A stretch of 25,335 nucleotides of DNA from Myxococcota bacterium. Lineage in GTDB: Bacteria > Myxococcota > XYA12-FULL-58-9 > JALHOP01. The notes beneath the pieces are model-generated. The model had not been told where the DNA came from. It saw only the letters and a list, made by a program, of their open reading frames with translations, and did no database searches. Shown one piece after another: positions 23,393 to 25,335 of the stretch. Position 1 is the first letter of the stretch, and each line of letters starts with the position of its first letter. Made by a program: the position numbers and the translations under genes. The DNA is taken from contig JBGGMJ010000151.1 of NCBI GenBank assembly GCA_041288095.1, positions 1-25,335 of the forward strand. Reading direction: 5' to 3'.

Positions 23393-25335
23393 CGCGTACG
23401 GGTCTCGATGCCGTGCTCGCTCCACGTTCGGTCGCTGTCGTCGGTGTGTCGCGCGAACGCGGCGGCATCGGTGCCGAGATCTTCCACAACCTCATCGCTT
23501 CCGGGTTTCGCGGGCCCGTCTATCCAGTCAATCCGCATGCCGATTGGGTGCAATCCGTCAAAGCGTACGCGAGCGTCGCGGAAGTCCCCGGACCGGTCGA
23601 CCTGGTCGTCATCACCACGCCAGCGTCCGCGGTGCGCGGCGTGGTCGAAGCTTGCGCGGCGAAAGGCGTCAACGGGATCGTCGTCATCAGCGCGGGTTTC
23701 GCCGAAGGCGGAGGTGATGCGCGCGCGCAACAGCGAGAGCTCGCCGAGTATTGCCGCCGCGCCGGCATGCGCATGGTCGGGCCCAACTGTCTCGGAGTCT
23801 TGAGCACCGCGCCGGACGTTCGCCTCAATGCGACCTTCGGTCCGATCAATCCGCCACGGGGCAGCGTCGCTTTCGCTACTCAGTCCGGTGGTCCAGGGCT
23901 TGCGGCGTTCGACTACGCCGAGAGCCTCGGGGTCGGCATCAGCGAGCTCGTCAGCATGGGGAACAAGGCCGACGTCTCCGGCAACGATCTCATCGAGCGC
24001 TGGCGCGACCACCCGGCGACGCGCGTCATCCTCTTGTACCTCGAGAGCTTCGGCAACCCGCGACGCTTCCTCGAGCTGGCGCGCGAGGTGAGCGCCAAGA
24101 AGCCGATCATCGCCGTCAAGGCAGGGCGCACGCCAACCGGAGCGCGCGCGGCAAGCTCACACACCGCGGCCCTCACGAGCTCAGACACCGCCGCCGCGGC
24201 TCTCTTCGCCCAAACCGGAGTCGTGCGGGTCGAGAGCATGCGCGAGCTGCTCGAGACCGCGAGTGTTCTAGCTCTGCAACCTGTCCCGGCCGGTCGACGC
24301 ACCGCGATCATCACCAACGCCGGCGGCCTCGGCATCATGGCTGCCGACGCGTGCGAAGCGCGCAATCTCCTGCTCCCCAAGCCCGACCCATCGACCCGCG
24401 ACGCTCTGCGTGGTTGCTTGCCGGCCGCTGCTTCCGTCGAGAACCCGATCGACATGGTCGCCAGCGCCTCGGCGCAAACTTACGAGCAGACCCTGAGCAC
24501 GGTGCTCGCCAGCGATGCGTTCGATTCCGCTATCGTGTTGCTAGTGCCGACGGCCGTGACCAACACCGAAGAGATCGCGCGTTCCATCGTTCGCGCTAGC
24601 GCCGGGACGAGCAAGCCGGTCGTGACGGCAATCGTGGGAGTCCATGGCGTCGCCGAGGGCCGCAGGCACTTGTGTGCGTCGGGCTTCCCCGCCTTCGCGT
24701 TCCCCGAGGATGCCGTGAACGCCCTCGGTCATGCGACGGATTACGGCGTCTGGCGTGCAGCGCATGCCGAGCGCGAGGCGGCGCCGGCGCCACGCGACGC
24801 TAGCTCGGCCCGAAGGATTCTCGACCAGGCCAAAGCGAGGCTCCGCGCGAGCGCCCCGGATGCCGCGAGTGGTTGGCTCGATCCACAAGAGACGCACGCT
24901 CTTCTCGCGGCGTGCGGGATCGCGATGCCGCGCAGCGCCTTCGTCACTACCATCGAAACAGCCATCGCCGGCGCCGAGCGCATTGGCTACCCGGTGGTCG
25001 CGAAGGTCGTCGCGCCGCATGTCCTCCACAAGACGGAGGTCGGCGGCGTGCGCATCGGGCTCCGGGACGCGGCGGCGGTGCGGGCAGCCTGTGGCGCCAT
25101 GGTCGACCGCTTGAACGGAGTGGTCGACGGCTTCGTCATCCAGGAAATGCGCGAAGGGGGTACGGAGCTACTCGCCGGCGTCTCGCGTGACCCGACCTTC
25201 GGCCCGCTAATCGGCTTCGGAGCCGGCGGCACGCAAGCGGAGCTGCTGGCTGACGTGGCCTTTCGTATCGCGCCTCTGACGCCGGGAGACGCGCGCGCGC
25301 TGATCGAGGACATCCGCTCGCAGGCTCTCTTGAAA
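23389..25335 (+). CDS. ADP-forming acetate/acyl-CoA ligase (fused alpha-beta ACD family), 3'-truncated
   Basis: Absent from the ORF track because it runs off the window. ATGA overlap with osmC. Translation gives PRSVAVVG, YPVNP, ISAGFAE, GPNCLG, GNKADV, AASSHTAAL, TNAGG, NPID, HKTEVGGV and DPTFGP. Confidence 0.9.
   Translation, partial: MTRTGLDAVLAPRSVAVVGVSRERGGIGAEIFHNLIASGFRGPVYPVNPHADWVQSVKAYASVAEVPGPVDLVVITTPASAVRGVVEACAAKGVNGIVVISAGFAEGGGDARAQQRELAEYCRRAGMRMVGPNCLGVLSTAPDVRLNATFGPINPPRGSVAFATQSGGPGLAAFDYAESLGVGISELVSMGNKADVSGNDLIERWRDHPATRVILLYLESFGNPRRFLELAREVSAKKPIIAVKAGRTPTGARAASSHTAALTSSDTAAAALFAQTGVVRVESMRELLETASVLALQPVPAGRRTAIITNAGGLGIMAADACEARNLLLPKPDPSTRDALRGCLPAAASVENPIDMVASASAQTYEQTLSTVLASDAFDSAIVLLVPTAVTNTEEIARSIVRASAGTSKPVVTAIVGVHGVAEGRRHLCASGFPAFAFPEDAVNALGHATDYGVWRAAHAEREAAPAPRDASSARRILDQAKARLRASAPDAASGWLDPQETHALLAACGIAMPRSAFVTTIETAIAGAERIGYPVVAKVVAPHVLHKTEVGGVRIGLRDAAAVRAACGAMVDRLNGVVDGFVIQEMREGGTELLAGVSRDPTFGPLIGFGAGGTQAELLADVAFRIAPLTPGDARALIEDIRSQALLK

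Overview
High-GC, very gene-dense bacterial DNA, probably from a Myxococcota/deltaproteobacterial lineage (inferred from a MYXO-CTERM-like tail, a c7-type cytochrome and sigma54 promoters). About 24 CDS; no RNA genes, CRISPR arrays or mobile elements were seen. The left half (1-12 kb) holds envelope and housekeeping genes: pqiABC, a PheC-like binding protein/dehydratase, an SSADH-family aldehyde dehydrogenase, a surface-anchored Zn-PLC/Het-C-like protein with a small beta-barrel partner, a leishmanolysin-like lipoprotein, MscS and a prolyl oligopeptidase. The best candidate for an undescribed system is a tightly coupled 7-gene minus-strand operon (12038-17505) with 19 predicted c-type hemes. 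In order it encodes a Lys-rich monoheme cytochrome, a NapC/NrfH-type tetraheme with CX3CH and CX4CH motifs, a 60-aa membrane protein, a c7-type triheme, an outer-membrane porin, a monoheme lipoprotein, and an Ig-domain decaheme lipoprotein built from two pentaheme repeats. It looks like a complete quinol-to-cell-surface porin-cytochrome electron conduit that is not MtrCAB-like. To its right lie CBS proteins, ackA, phosphoketolase, OsmC and an ADP-forming acyl-CoA ligase. Two sigma54 promoters there each carry paired CG(C/A)AA-N3-(T/C)TGCG palindromes at near-identical spacing, and the same palindrome occurs twice upstream of the cytochrome operon, suggesting one low-oxygen energy regulon. All product calls come from motif recognition by eye, not database searches.
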